Part shown: piece by piece, positions 36,575 through 46,380 of the stretch
How positions within the stretch are numbered: position 1 is the first letter of the stretch
How the letters are laid out: the number at the start of each line of letters is the position of its first letter
From: a virus
Strand: one strand, 5' to 3'
Length of the DNA: 64,000 nucleotides
Virus record (IMG/VR): IMGVR_UViG_3300045988_115788
Position numbers and translations under genes: made by a program
The notes under the pieces: generated by a model
Database searches by the model: none
What the model saw: the letters and a program-made list of their open reading frames with translations, nothing else
Told to the model about the DNA's origin: nothing

Positions 36575-37759
36575 TTGGTACAAGTAATCAAACGTAACGG
36601 AGATGTTGTTGATTTTCAACGAGACAAAATTTCTGTTGCAATCCAAAAGGCAATGAAAGAAGTTAGAGATGAAATCAATACTTATGAAGTCAGAGCAATA
36701 ACTGATAAAGTAATTGACTCTATTGAACAACGAAAAGAAAATATTAATGTAGAAGAAATTCAAGATATTGTAGAACGTGCGCTTATGACTAGCGGCATGA
36801 AGGATGTGGCGAAGAGTTACATTACTTATCGCTATTTGCATGGTCTTATTCGAGAATCAAACACTACTGATAGGACTATTAAAGAACTTATCAATGGTGA
36901 AAGCGAATATTGGAACAGTGAAAACAGCAATAAAAATCCAACACTTGTTACTACTCAAAGAGATTATATCGCAGGAATCACAAGTACAGATATTGCTAGA
37001 CGTTTTTTACTACCCAAAGATGTTGTTGAAGCACATGATAAGGGCATTATTCATTTCCATGATATTGACTATTTTGCGCAAAAAAGTTTGACGAACTGTG
37101 AATTAGTAAATCTTGAGGACATGTTGCAAAACGGAACGGTAGTCAATGGAGTTGGCATTGATAAGCCCCATAAGTTGCTTACTGCCGCTACAATCGCTAC
37201 ACAGATTATTGCAGCAGTAACAAGTTCTACTTATGGTGGGTGTACTATTAACCTTTCTCATTTGGCTCCATTCGTAAGAGATAGTTACAATATTTATTAC
37301 AAAAAGTATGAGCAACGAGGTTTTAGTCCAAGTGAATGCCAAAAGTGGGCAGAGCAAGATACTAAGAAGGAAATTGAAGACGCAGTTCAAACCTTTAATT
37401 ATCAAACTAATTCCATGACTAATACCAATGGCCAAGCTCCATTCTTGTCTGTGTTCATGTATCTCAATGACAATCCAGAATATATCAAAGAGACAGCAGC
37501 ATTGATTAAGGAATTCTTTAATCAACGTATTCTAGGATTTAAGAACGAAGTTGGCCAATATATCACACCAGCCTTTCCAAAGCTATTGTATGTTTTGGAT
37601 GACAATAACATTACCGAGGATTCTGAATATTGGTATCTTACCCAACTTGCAGCAAAATGTACTGCTAAAAGAATGGTACCAGATTATATCTCTGCAAAAA
37701 TTATGCGAAGAGATAAAGTTGATAAGAATGGTAATGGTAATGTCTATGGCTGCATGGGT
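36575..37759 (+). CDS. nrdD: anaerobic ribonucleoside-triphosphate reductase NrdD, exon 1 of 3 (TTG start)
   Basis: ATP-cone VIKRNGDVVDFQRDKI. The exon ends at ...VYGCMG, just before the conserved CRSFL. Confidence 0.8.
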
Positions 37760-38073
37760 CAGCGTAAACTACAGCTCATGTAAAATCCTTTGAACCGTGC
37801 TAACGGGTGTCTATATGATATTTATTATATAGGCTAACGGTTAGGTCTTAATAACCCATTACACTATTAAGATGAGACCGTGGGAAGTTTAATCTTGCCA
37901 CTTTATGACAAAGATTGAAAACCTGTATCGACCATCCCTGATGAATGTATGGGAGTAGGGCTGGAGATAAGCACCAGCAGTGTTTTAGGAAACGAAGCAC
38001 TTGAAAACCAAAGCGGAGGACTATCGAAAGATAGAAGATATGGTCAGTGCCAATGGTGACATTGGATAACATG
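37760..38073 (+). mobile_element. putative ORF-less group I intron 1 in nrdD
   Basis: Removing the 314 nt joins GCMG to CRSFLTPY in frame. The 5' exon ends in T and the intron ends in G. Confidence 0.6.
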
Positions 38074-38970
38074 TGTAGAAGTTTTTTGACACCTTATGTA
38101 GATGAGAATAACAAACCGAAATATTGGGGTCGATATAATCAGGGCGTCGTAACAATAAATCTTGTAGACGTTGCATTGTCTTCTGGCGGAGACTTTGATA
38201 AGTTTTGGCATTTGTTTGAAGAACGGACAGAATTATGTCACAAAGCATTACAGTGTAGACATGAACGAATTGCATTAGCTACATCTGATGTAGCTCCTAT
38301 TTTATGGCAACATGGCGCATTAGCAAGATTGCCAAAAGGAGCGCCAATTCACCCATTACTTCATAATGGCTATTCTACGCTCTCCCTCGGCTACGCTGGA
38401 TTGTATGAGTGCGTTAAATATATGACCGGCGAATCTCATTCCCATGGAAAAGGATTTGATTTTGGCATTAAAGTTATGCAAGCACTCAATGATAAGTGTG
38501 CTAAATGGAAAGAGGCAGAAAAGATTGACTACTCGCTTTACGGCTCCCCCATTGAAAGCACTACCTACAAGTTTGCAAAATGCTTAAAAACAAGATTCGG
38601 CGAAATTAAAGACATTACAGACCATGATTACGTCACAAACAGCTATCATATTAATGTTCGTGAAGTAATTGACCCATTTGACAAACTTGCTATTGAGGCC
38701 AAATATCAAAAATTAAGCCCTGGCGGAGCAATTAGCTATATTGAATGTGCCGATTTGACCAATAATATTCCTGCGGTTCTTGAAGTAATTAAATTCATTT
38801 ATGACAATATCATGTATGCAGAACTTAACACAAAAAGCGATTATTGCCAAGTATGCGGTTACGAACATGAAATTGAAATTATTGATGAAGATGGAGAACT
38901 TAAATGGCGTTGTCCAAATTGCGGCAATGAAGACCAAAACAAGATGAATGTCGCTCGGAGGACTTGCGGT
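38074..38970 (+). CDS. nrdD: NrdD exon 2 of 3
   Basis: CRSFLTPY... through the Zn ribbon CQVCG...CPNCG to ...ARRTCG. Confidence 0.8.
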
Positions 38971-39851
38971 AAAGATATTGCCGCAGTAAAATGACTTAAA
39001 TTCAGAGGAAACCTAAATCTTATATAGACATGGCAATTCTGAGCCAAGCTGATTTATATTATTTTATTATAGAAAGAGGTGATAATGGTGTTAGAACACA
39101 AATGCGAAGTATGTGGTAGATTATATAGAAAAAAACTAAAAGCAGATGGGAAAATTGTATGTAATAAACATTATAAACAATTTAAAAAATATGGCAAATT
39201 TACAGACCATTCCCCAAGAATACAAACGGACAAAAATAATATTACAATCGTTGGAGATTTAGCGTATATTGATTTATACGATAAACATTATGAAGTTATT
39301 GCACAGGCAATAATTGACGCAGAAGATGTTAATCTTGTTAAGAATATTAAATGGAGATTGAATGGCAACGGATATGTTATGAACAATTCCTCAAAGCATA
39401 CGACATTTTTACATTCTTTGATAATGCATACTAAAGAATTAGTAGACCACAAAGATACTAATACACTAAACAACACAAAAGAAAATTTAAGAATCGCAAC
39501 TAAAAGTCAAAACCAAATGAATGTAAATTATAAAGGATATTATCTGGTTAACAATAAATGGATTGTGCATATTAAGTTACATCAAAAGCAATTACATCTT
39601 GGAGTGTATTATATAGAAGAAGAGGCGCAATATGCAAGATGGTATGCGGAAAGAATTGTGTTCAAGGAATTTGCTTATCCAAAAGAAGAGCCATACATCC
39701 CAGAACATAGAAAAGCTCAAATACAAGAATATATAAATCAGAAGGTGCAGAGACTATAATAGTCACTATTGTCCTAACAATTAAAATGTATGGGAAATAG
39801 AAGGTATAGTCCACTCCCCTAATAAATATCGGGAAACCGAGGGTACAAAGG
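38971..39851 (+). mobile_element. putative group I intron 2 in nrdD carrying an HNH-AP2 homing endonuclease
   Basis: Removing the 881 nt joins RRTCG to YIGSQFWNQGRTEEIKDRYVHL in frame. The 5' exon ends in T and the intron ends in G. Confidence 0.65.
39085..39759 (+). CDS. intron-encoded HNH endonuclease with AP2-like domain
   Basis: LVDHKDTNTLNNTKENLRIATKSQNQMN is HNH-type. HLGVYYIEEEAQYARWYAE is AP2-like. Paralogous architecture to 5440-6120. Confidence 0.7.
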   Translation: MVLEHKCEVCGRLYRKKLKADGKIVCNKHYKQFKKYGKFTDHSPRIQTDKNNITIVGDLAYIDLYDKHYEVIAQAIIDAEDVNLVKNIKWRLNGNGYVMNNSSKHTTFLHSLIMHTKELVDHKDTNTLNNTKENLRIATKSQNQMNVNYKGYYLVNNKWIVHIKLHQKQLHLGVYYIEEEAQYARWYAERIVFKEFAYPKEEPYIPEHRKAQIQEYINQKVQRL

Positions 39852-39941
39852 TATATTGGTTCTCAATTTTGGAATCAAGGACGCACAGAAGAAATCAAGG
39901 ACAGATATGTTCATTTAGATAACCACTCTTTGGAGGAATAA
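39852..39941 (+). CDS. nrdD: NrdD exon 3 of 3 (glycyl-radical C-terminus)
   Basis: YIGSQFWNQGRTEEIKDRYVHLDNHSLEE ends 1 nt before the nrdG ATG. Confidence 0.7.
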   Translation, partial: YIGSQFWNQGRTEEIKDRYVHLDNHSLEE

Positions 39942-39942
39942 A

Positions 39943-40491
39943 ATGAATTATTCTTTAATTAACAAAGTAGATATAGTAAATGGCCCAGGAATCAGAATTT
40001 CCCTTTTTGTTTCTGGCTGTAATAGACATTGTAAAAACTGTTACAACAAAGAAGCGCAAAATTTTGATAACGGAGAACCTTTTACTCAAGAAACATATAA
40101 AACAATCTTAGAACATGTAGCAAAGACTCATTGTTCTGGACTATCCATTTTAGGCGGCGAACCATTAGACCAAGACGCAAATGGGTTAATCGCTTTATTT
40201 GAACTTGTGCAAGACGTACACAAGCTAGGTAAAACTGTGTGGCTATGGACAGGATATACTTGGCAAGAAGTGTTTGATAAAATTGTAACAGACCCCAAAG
40301 CTTGTAATATGCGCCCTTATCTTCAACAAACTTTACTGTCTGAAGTTGATGTTGTAGTCGATGGGCCTTTTGTTGAAGATAGTAAAGACTTGTCTTTAGC
40401 TTTTAGAGGTAGCTCAAATCAAGGCATCATTGACGTGAAAAAGACTTTAGCAAACGAATACATTACTTTAGTTGAATATATGATTAGATAA
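39943..40491 (+). CDS. nrdG: anaerobic RNR activating enzyme NrdG (radical SAM)
   Basis: VNGPGIRISLFVSGCNRHCKNCYN carries the CxxxCxxC cluster motif. Confidence 0.85.
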   Translation: MNYSLINKVDIVNGPGIRISLFVSGCNRHCKNCYNKEAQNFDNGEPFTQETYKTILEHVAKTHCSGLSILGGEPLDQDANGLIALFELVQDVHKLGKTVWLWTGYTWQEVFDKIVTDPKACNMRPYLQQTLLSEVDVVVDGPFVEDSKDLSLAFRGSSNQGIIDVKKTLANEYITLVEYMIR

Positions 40492-40542
40492 TTTATACAA
40501 GGAGCTGGGAGAAATCCTGGCTCCTTTTGTTTATTTTGACGA

Positions 40543-40571
40543 TTGACTTTTATGAGATGAGATGATATTAT
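40543..40571 (+). promoter_or_regulatory. promoter TTGACT-17-TATTAT
   Basis: Read directly; preceded by a hairpin terminator at about 40501-40535. Confidence 0.65.
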
Positions 40572-40603
40572 ATAATCAAGCTAAACAAAGGAGGAAACAA
40601 TCA

Positions 40604-41167
40604 ATGATTGAAATTAGAAAGGGTGGCACTTTAAGAACAACATGGGAAGAATTGAAAATCAACATTAAAAACAACACCAGTTCACTAAATGTTGGAGATG
40701 AGCTTGACATCGTATTAAAGACTGGTGAGAATGTCACGCTAGTATGTGAGTATGTGGGATATAAATATACGACATTTTTTACAAAGAATCTACTCGAAGA
40801 CACTCATTGCATGAATGAAAACTGGGGCGCAGACAATGAAAAGTGTCTTAGTACGATGGGGTCTTATCTTAGCAAACTATTCTATTTATTGCCAGACGAT
40901 TTACAAAAAGTTGTAACTGGGCCACTTCGTCTATTACACGAGAGAGAAGTTTTTGGAAAAGATGAATATGGAGAGAAGGAAGGGTATGAAACACTTCCTC
41001 GTTACCTCAAAAAGGAAAATAGGATTAAGACATTGAGCGGTATTCCGTTTCCATATTGGGTGACATCAACAAACTCAGAAATTTTTCCTATTGTGAGTAA
41101 AGACGGCGATAAAAGTGAGCTCAGTGCCAGTGATGGTTGTGGCGTGTGCTTCGGCTTTGATATCTAA
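40604..41167 (+). CDS. hypothetical protein
   Basis: ATG at 40604 after AAAGGAGG. Confidence 0.6.
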   Translation: MIEIRKGGTLRTTWEELKINIKNNTSSLNVGDELDIVLKTGENVTLVCEYVGYKYTTFFTKNLLEDTHCMNENWGADNEKCLSTMGSYLSKLFYLLPDDLQKVVTGPLRLLHEREVFGKDEYGEKEGYETLPRYLKKENRIKTLSGIPFPYWVTSTNSEIFPIVSKDGDKSELSASDGCGVCFGFDI

Positions 41168-41216
41168 TCTAACAATCGTGTGACCTTGTAGCCCAAATAG
41201 GAGGAATACATTTGAA

Positions 41217-42533
41217 ATGAAAACAATGAAATTAGGTAGCTTGTTTGATGGTTCTGGTGGGTTTCCACTTACCGCCTGCTTGTGTGGAATAATACCAGTC
41301 TGGGCCAGCGAAGTTGAGCCGTATCCGATAGCTGTCACACGGAATAGATTTCCAGAGATGAAACATTTAGGAAATGTTAGTACAGTAAACGGTGCTGACA
41401 TCGAACCCGTGGACATCATCACCTTCGGCAGCCCGTGCCAGGACATGAGCATGGCTGGTCGGAGAGACGGCTTGGATGGAAAGCGTTCTAGTCTTTTTTA
41501 TGAAGCTGTCCGAATTATTAAAGAAATGAGGTGTGCCACTAATGGCAAATATCCAAGATACATCGTATGGGAAAATGTTCCTGGAGCTTTCTCCTCAAAC
41601 AGAGGAGAGGATTTCAAAGCCGTCCTCGAAGCGGTCATTGGAATTGTCGAACCGAACACCCAGGTGCCTATGCCTGAAAAAGCACGATGGCCCTACGCCG
41701 ACCTTTACATGGGAGACGGATGGAGTCTTGCGTACCGAACTCTTGACGCTCAATACTGGGGAGTCCCCCAACGCCGTCGTAGAATCTACCTTGTCGCAGA
41801 TTTTACAGGCAGAGGTGCCGGAAAAATACTATTTGAGCGCGAGGGCCTGCAAGGGTATTTTACAGAGGGCAGAACGCCGTGGGAAACCGTTTCCAGAAGT
41901 TTTGCGCCTCGCACTGGAGTGGCAAGCAACCTCTGCCTAAACGACCAAGGCGGGAACCGCATGGAATGTTCCGAAGGAGTGGCACCTACACTCCGTGCGG
42001 AAGCTCATGGTCACCAGCCCTGTGTCCTACGGTCGGCAGGATTTTGCCCTGAAGTCTCTGCCAAAACCAGAGGCATTGGTTGGGGAGTTGAGCGTTCACC
42101 CACGCTTCGTGCAGGTGCTGTTCCCGCCGTTAATGTACAAGAAAATCATTCAACTGTCTTTGCTCAGAGCCACAAAGACCCTCCGACCGTGACGGAAGGG
42201 CCACAGTACATTGTCCGCAGACTTACTCCAACAGAATGTGCAAGGCTACAGGGATTCCCCGATGAGTGGGGAGAAGTTGGTATGATGAGTGATTTCTCCG
42301 ACACGGACTATCAGTTTTGGCTTGGTGTGCGTAATACATACGCTACTATTAACGGCAAGGCAATCAAAGACTATACTAAACCACAAATGTTAACATGGTA
42401 TAACAAACTACACACAGACGGTGCGGAATACAAAATGTGGGGAAATGGTATTGCCCTTCCTACCGCCCTATATGTGATGCAGGGAATTGCGGATTACTCA
42501 AAAGGCAAAAAGGAGGCAGATTATGAAGCGTGA
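41217..42533 (+). CDS. dcm: DNA (cytosine-5) methyltransferase
   Basis: FDGSGGF (I), GSPCQDMS (IV), ENVPG (VI), QRRRRIYLV (VIII), TPTECARLQGFP and GNGIALP (X). Confidence 0.9.
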   Translation: MKTMKLGSLFDGSGGFPLTACLCGIIPVWASEVEPYPIAVTRNRFPEMKHLGNVSTVNGADIEPVDIITFGSPCQDMSMAGRRDGLDGKRSSLFYEAVRIIKEMRCATNGKYPRYIVWENVPGAFSSNRGEDFKAVLEAVIGIVEPNTQVPMPEKARWPYADLYMGDGWSLAYRTLDAQYWGVPQRRRRIYLVADFTGRGAGKILFEREGLQGYFTEGRTPWETVSRSFAPRTGVASNLCLNDQGGNRMECSEGVAPTLRAEAHGHQPCVLRSAGFCPEVSAKTRGIGWGVERSPTLRAGAVPAVNVQENHSTVFAQSHKDPPTVTEGPQYIVRRLTPTECARLQGFPDEWGEVGMMSDFSDTDYQFWLGVRNTYATINGKAIKDYTKPQMLTWYNKLHTDGAEYKMWGNGIALPTALYVMQGIADYSKGKKEADYEA

Positions 42534-42744
42534 GGATATGGAGCAACTTCCAGAATTGGAAATCAACAGGATAGCCATGAAGAAAAATGCCAACGGAGTA
42601 GCAACAAAAGACGCTAAAATGGCCCAGCGAATCATGTACGAACGCTTGCATTGGCCCTGTCCAACCGCACCAAGCCAGCACTGCGATGGGCATGGAAATA
42701 AATACACAAAAACTGGTGTGCGTTATGGGGACACTTACGATTAA
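42523..42744 (+). CDS. hypothetical protein
   Basis: ATG at 42523 overlaps the dcm end. Confidence 0.5.
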   Translation: MKREDMEQLPELEINRIAMKKNANGVATKDAKMAQRIMYERLHWPCPTAPSQHCDGHGNKYTKTGVRYGDTYD

Positions 42745-42759
42745 AGGAGGTAAAAAACA

Positions 42760-42987
42760 ATGACCGAAACAAAAAAATTAGAATGGGCGGTTAATCATCC
42801 AAAATGGGTAGTGGAACACGGCACATTCCTTGACAATTATCCAGGTAGTGATGATTACAATATCTATCAAGTTTACGAAGAAGAAACAAATGTTACAACA
42901 CTTTTTGTTGTAGCTTTTGAGGATTCTTTCATGGAAGAACCAGTAAATTGTTATCCCTTGACTCAAATTGGAGATAGACCTTTATGA
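42760..42987 (+). CDS. hypothetical protein
   Basis: AAAGGAGG RBS; 75 aa. Confidence 0.6.
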   Translation: MTETKKLEWAVNHPKWVVEHGTFLDNYPGSDDYNIYQVYEEETNVTTLFVVAFEDSFMEEPVNCYPLTQIGDRPL

Positions 42988-43478
42988 AGAAAATGAACAA
43001 TAAGTATGAAGCAAGAATTTTTCCAAACGGAAGAGTTGTGTGTTATGAAAGAAAAGACCTAGACGATGCCATCAACGCAGGAAAGGAATTGTTAATTGTT
43101 TGTAATTGTCATACAGGCGGGTTTACTGAAGCGATTGGAGCTACTGAAGAACCTGAAAGAATAAGATATAGCGATTATATTCATGAACAGGTATTTACAG
43201 GAGAGGAAATGGCCAAATTCCATAAAATTATTTTTACCGAAGGAGAAAAGATTTTTGATGCCGACTTTGATTATGCCACCCAATATGACTCTATTTACCA
43301 TTGTTTTTATGATGGCGATAGGAAAATGCAAATAGACGAAAAAACAACTGCGCGTTGTCTTTACAAAGAACAAGTAAAAGCAATGATTGAAATTGGCCTC
43401 CTCACTGAAAAAGCATTAGATTACTGTATTCAAACTCCTGTTCCCGTCAAAAGTTCAGTGGATTATTGCTCTGGTTAA
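42984..43478 (+). CDS. hypothetical protein
   Basis: ATGA coupling; 164 aa. Confidence 0.6.
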   Translation: MKKMNNKYEARIFPNGRVVCYERKDLDDAINAGKELLIVCNCHTGGFTEAIGATEEPERIRYSDYIHEQVFTGEEMAKFHKIIFTEGEKIFDADFDYATQYDSIYHCFYDGDRKMQIDEKTTARCLYKEQVKAMIEIGLLTEKALDYCIQTPVPVKSSVDYCSG

Positions 43479-43490
43479 AAGAAGGCAAAT

Positions 43491-43712
43491 ATGCTACAAG
43501 AACTTACACCTGAATCAATTCGTAAACAAGGCGATTTAATATATGAAAATGTTTTCACAACTTATGGGGAAGGCGAACCATTAGTATGCAGTGAGTGCAA
43601 CTTTGCTATGGCTTCTACCATCGGCGAAGAAATTTGGCTGTTAAAAAATAGTCTATATATTATTACTTATGCCAATAATCCAGACAATATTATTGATATT
43701 GTAGAATTGTAA
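43491..43712 (+). CDS. hypothetical protein
   Basis: 73-aa ORF. Confidence 0.55.
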   Translation: MLQELTPESIRKQGDLIYENVFTTYGEGEPLVCSECNFAMASTIGEEIWLLKNSLYIITYANNPDNIIDIVEL

Positions 43713-43777
43713 AATTCATTAAAAAATCATTGGCAAAATATAAAAATGTAGCACACTAAAAACGAAAGGAGAATAAG

Positions 43778-44239
43778 ATGCTACGAAAGTTGCTTACTTA
43801 TGAAGAAGCAAAAGCAAGACAATGGCATTATGAAGATAAAATTGAGCAAGACAAGGTATATGGCTTGCCTAAAGATTGGTATGGTTGGGACGAACCAATC
43901 AATGTGACGTTGCTTAAAGAACCTCACATTAAAAATATGCCGGTTTATGTATTTAGAAGCTACTATCTTCCTGCTTGGCTTTTTGAAGGCGAAACTTATG
44001 AAATGTTTGTACCTTCTTTTGAAGTAGCAAAAGAACTCGAAAGAAGATATGAACCAGAGTCTAGCAAAGATAGTAGCACTTGTCTTGGCGTTCCGATTAG
44101 TTGGGAAGGCTGGAACAGTTATTGCAAATGGACAGAATACGATTCATTTAACAACTGCTATTTAATCGAGGGTTCTTGGTGGATGCCGTATTGGTTACTC
44201 TGTCCTCATAAAACTATTAACTACGAGGTGTGGAAATGA
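43778..44239 (+). CDS. hypothetical Trp-rich protein
   Basis: AAAGGAG RBS; 153 aa. Confidence 0.6.
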   Translation: MLRKLLTYEEAKARQWHYEDKIEQDKVYGLPKDWYGWDEPINVTLLKEPHIKNMPVYVFRSYYLPAWLFEGETYEMFVPSFEVAKELERRYEPESSKDSSTCLGVPISWEGWNSYCKWTEYDSFNNCYLIEGSWWMPYWLLCPHKTINYEVWK

Positions 44240-44448
44240 AACTAATTACATTTTATAAGATGGGGCCGAATGGTAGAGAATTTGTTAAGGAATTTAATAA
44301 GGATATTACTTTGCCACTCAAAAATGAGGAAATTAAATTTGAGGGAGACGAGACTGTTTATAACGTCGTAAGAGCTGTTAATATTTATGACGAAGAAGGT
44401 AACTGTCGTCTTGAATATGAGCTTGTCGAAAGTGGAGAAATTCTATGA
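44236..44448 (+). CDS. hypothetical protein
   Basis: ATGA overlap with the upstream stop. Confidence 0.55.
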   Translation: MKLITFYKMGPNGREFVKEFNKDITLPLKNEEIKFEGDETVYNVVRAVNIYDEEGNCRLEYELVESGEIL

Positions 44449-44651
44449 AATTCTACACTATTCAGGACAGAACAAACACTTTTCGACTAAGAGAATACGA
44501 TGATAGAAAAGGTTGCTCACTTGCTAATGACACGACACATGCCCTTAAATTTGAGTCTCGCGTCTTAGCGGCACAATGGATGGCTGAAAACATGCCAGAT
44601 GCAGTAGCAAATAACTGGCTTATCGTAGTGGAGGAATATAATGAAAACTAA
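44445..44651 (+). CDS. small KF-x-S/T...A family protein
   Basis: MKFYTIQDRTNTFRL...ALKFESRVLAAQWMAE. Confidence 0.6.
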   Translation: MKFYTIQDRTNTFRLREYDDRKGCSLANDTTHALKFESRVLAAQWMAENMPDAVANNWLIVVEEYNEN

Positions 44652-44892
44652 ATATATGAGAATGAGTGCAGGAAAAGATTATCAGGTAAAAGCAGACCAA
44701 CTGGTAAACATTGTTCAAGATATTGCCGAAACTGCAATTCAGTATGGCATGAGTATTGAAACTGACAAGGAAGCAGAAGATATTGCGGAAAAGAATCTTG
44801 ATGAAGCCATGAGCGCTTTTCTGAAACTAACTGGGCTTAATGAATTATACACTATTCTTGAAGGTTATTATGTTAGAAAGGATGAGCTGTAA
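44641..44892 (+). CDS. hypothetical protein
   Basis: 83-aa ORF. Confidence 0.55.
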   Translation: MKTKYMRMSAGKDYQVKADQLVNIVQDIAETAIQYGMSIETDKEAEDIAEKNLDEAMSAFLKLTGLNELYTILEGYYVRKDEL

Positions 44893-45224
44893 TGGAAAAG
44901 CTAATTAACGCAAAAGTTCACGTTGCTGACCTTGGACAAAAAGTTGTTTCTTTTATTTATAATCCAGATTCACCTTTGTCCGAAGAAGAACAAATTTATA
45001 GCAATCTTGGTATGACTGTATCTAGCACCGAAGAATATGTTAGAAAAGTTTATGTTCTTCGGACTATTGACGGCAAATATATTGGCGAAAGCTTTGACCT
45101 CTTTGAAACTTTTTGTAACAGAGTAAAGCAATTCGCCACTCGCGTTGACGCCATCAAGTGGTGTGAGGCAACTATGTCAGAAGCGCAAATTAGAGAACTA
45201 ACCATTCACGAAGAACAAGTATAA
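44892..45224 (+). CDS. hypothetical protein with C-terminal KF-x-S/T...A family module
   Basis: KVYVLRTIDGKYIG...VKQFATRVDAIKWCEA. Confidence 0.6.
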   Translation: MEKLINAKVHVADLGQKVVSFIYNPDSPLSEEEQIYSNLGMTVSSTEEYVRKVYVLRTIDGKYIGESFDLFETFCNRVKQFATRVDAIKWCEATMSEAQIRELTIHEEQV

Positions 45225-45235
45225 AAGGAGAATGA

Positions 45236-45796
45236 ATGGAAGTAGAACTATTACGTTATCCAACTTACGAAGATTGGACAGAAGTAAAGCGCAGAGCGTT
45301 GGTTACTATTGGGCTAAAGCCTGTCAATCCACCAACAAGCGATTGGTGCCACGACATTCTTGAAGCTAGACATAGCCCCATTCGTTACTTACAATTTTCA
45401 TTTTATTTGCATAACATTCCTACTTGGGTGGCTACTCATCTTGTAAGACATGTCCACGCACAACCTTATGTAAAATCTCAGAGAAACGACAGACAGGAAG
45501 GATATGATAGAAACAAAGCTCCACAAGATGCTCCTGTCGATATGATTCTTGATATGAACGCAGAAGAACTTATGAATATTATGAATAAGAGACTTTGTTT
45601 TCAAGCGTCTCCTGAGACAAGAGAAGTAGTATCCAAGATGCAGACTGCGGTATTAACTGAGTGTCCTGAATTTCAAGGCCTGCTTGTTCCTATGTGCGTC
45701 TATCATGGCGGCAAGTGTCACGAAATGAAACCATGTAAGGAAATGGCAGCATATAGAAAGGTTTACTCAGAAAGGATGGAAAAACACCCTTTTTAA
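45236..45796 (+). CDS. thyX: ThyX-like flavin-dependent thymidylate synthase family protein (divergent motif)
   Basis: ARHSPIRYLQFSFYLHNIPTWVATHLVRHVHAQPYVKSQRNDR parallels the ThyX HxSxxE...RHRxxSxxxxSxR region, but reads RHV instead of RHR. Confidence 0.55.
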   Translation: MEVELLRYPTYEDWTEVKRRALVTIGLKPVNPPTSDWCHDILEARHSPIRYLQFSFYLHNIPTWVATHLVRHVHAQPYVKSQRNDRQEGYDRNKAPQDAPVDMILDMNAEELMNIMNKRLCFQASPETREVVSKMQTAVLTECPEFQGLLVPMCVYHGGKCHEMKPCKEMAAYRKVYSERMEKHPF

Positions 45797-45834
45797 GTAA
45801 AATAAGCAACTAAAATAAGGAGGAAAATAAAACA

Positions 45835-46380
45835 ATGAATGATATTATGATTACTAAAGGCGGAGTACTTGTAAAGCAACTAATCCAGTTTGCGAAGCTG
45901 ACGCCAAAAGCAATTATTCCTAATAAAAAGGACGAAGATGCAGGTTACGATATTTGGGCCTGTATTGAAGAAGATTTCATTAAGATTGACCCTCTTGAAT
46001 CTGTTTTGATTCATACTGGTATTTGTACACATTTTCCAGAAGGCTATGTTATGGTTTTAAAGGAACGCAGTAGCACGGGGCTAAAGGGTATCTCTCTACG
46101 GTCAGGCATCATCGACCAAAGTTACGAAGGGGAAATTGGTGTAATTTGGACTAATTGTTCCAATAAGAGTATTTATCTTTCTAATTTGCCAGAAGAAGAG
46201 TTATACAAGGCCGCACACAGAGAACCTGACTCTTGTACTTACTATAGCACTCAGAAAGCTATCTGTCAGGCTCTACTTTTGCCTGTGGCGAACTTCACTG
46301 TAGATGAAGTATCCAAGGATGCAATTCAATGCAATGCGTCTGAGCGTGGCTCTAAGGGCTATGGGAGTACCAACAAGTGA
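45835..46380 (+). CDS. dut: dUTP pyrophosphatase
   Basis: AGYDIWA, ERSSTGLKG, GIIDQSYEGEIGV, and C-terminal RGSKGYGST. Confidence 0.85.
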   Translation: MNDIMITKGGVLVKQLIQFAKLTPKAIIPNKKDEDAGYDIWACIEEDFIKIDPLESVLIHTGICTHFPEGYVMVLKERSSTGLKGISLRSGIIDQSYEGEIGVIWTNCSNKSIYLSNLPEEELYKAAHREPDSCTYYSTQKAICQALLLPVANFTVDEVSKDAIQCNASERGSKGYGSTNK

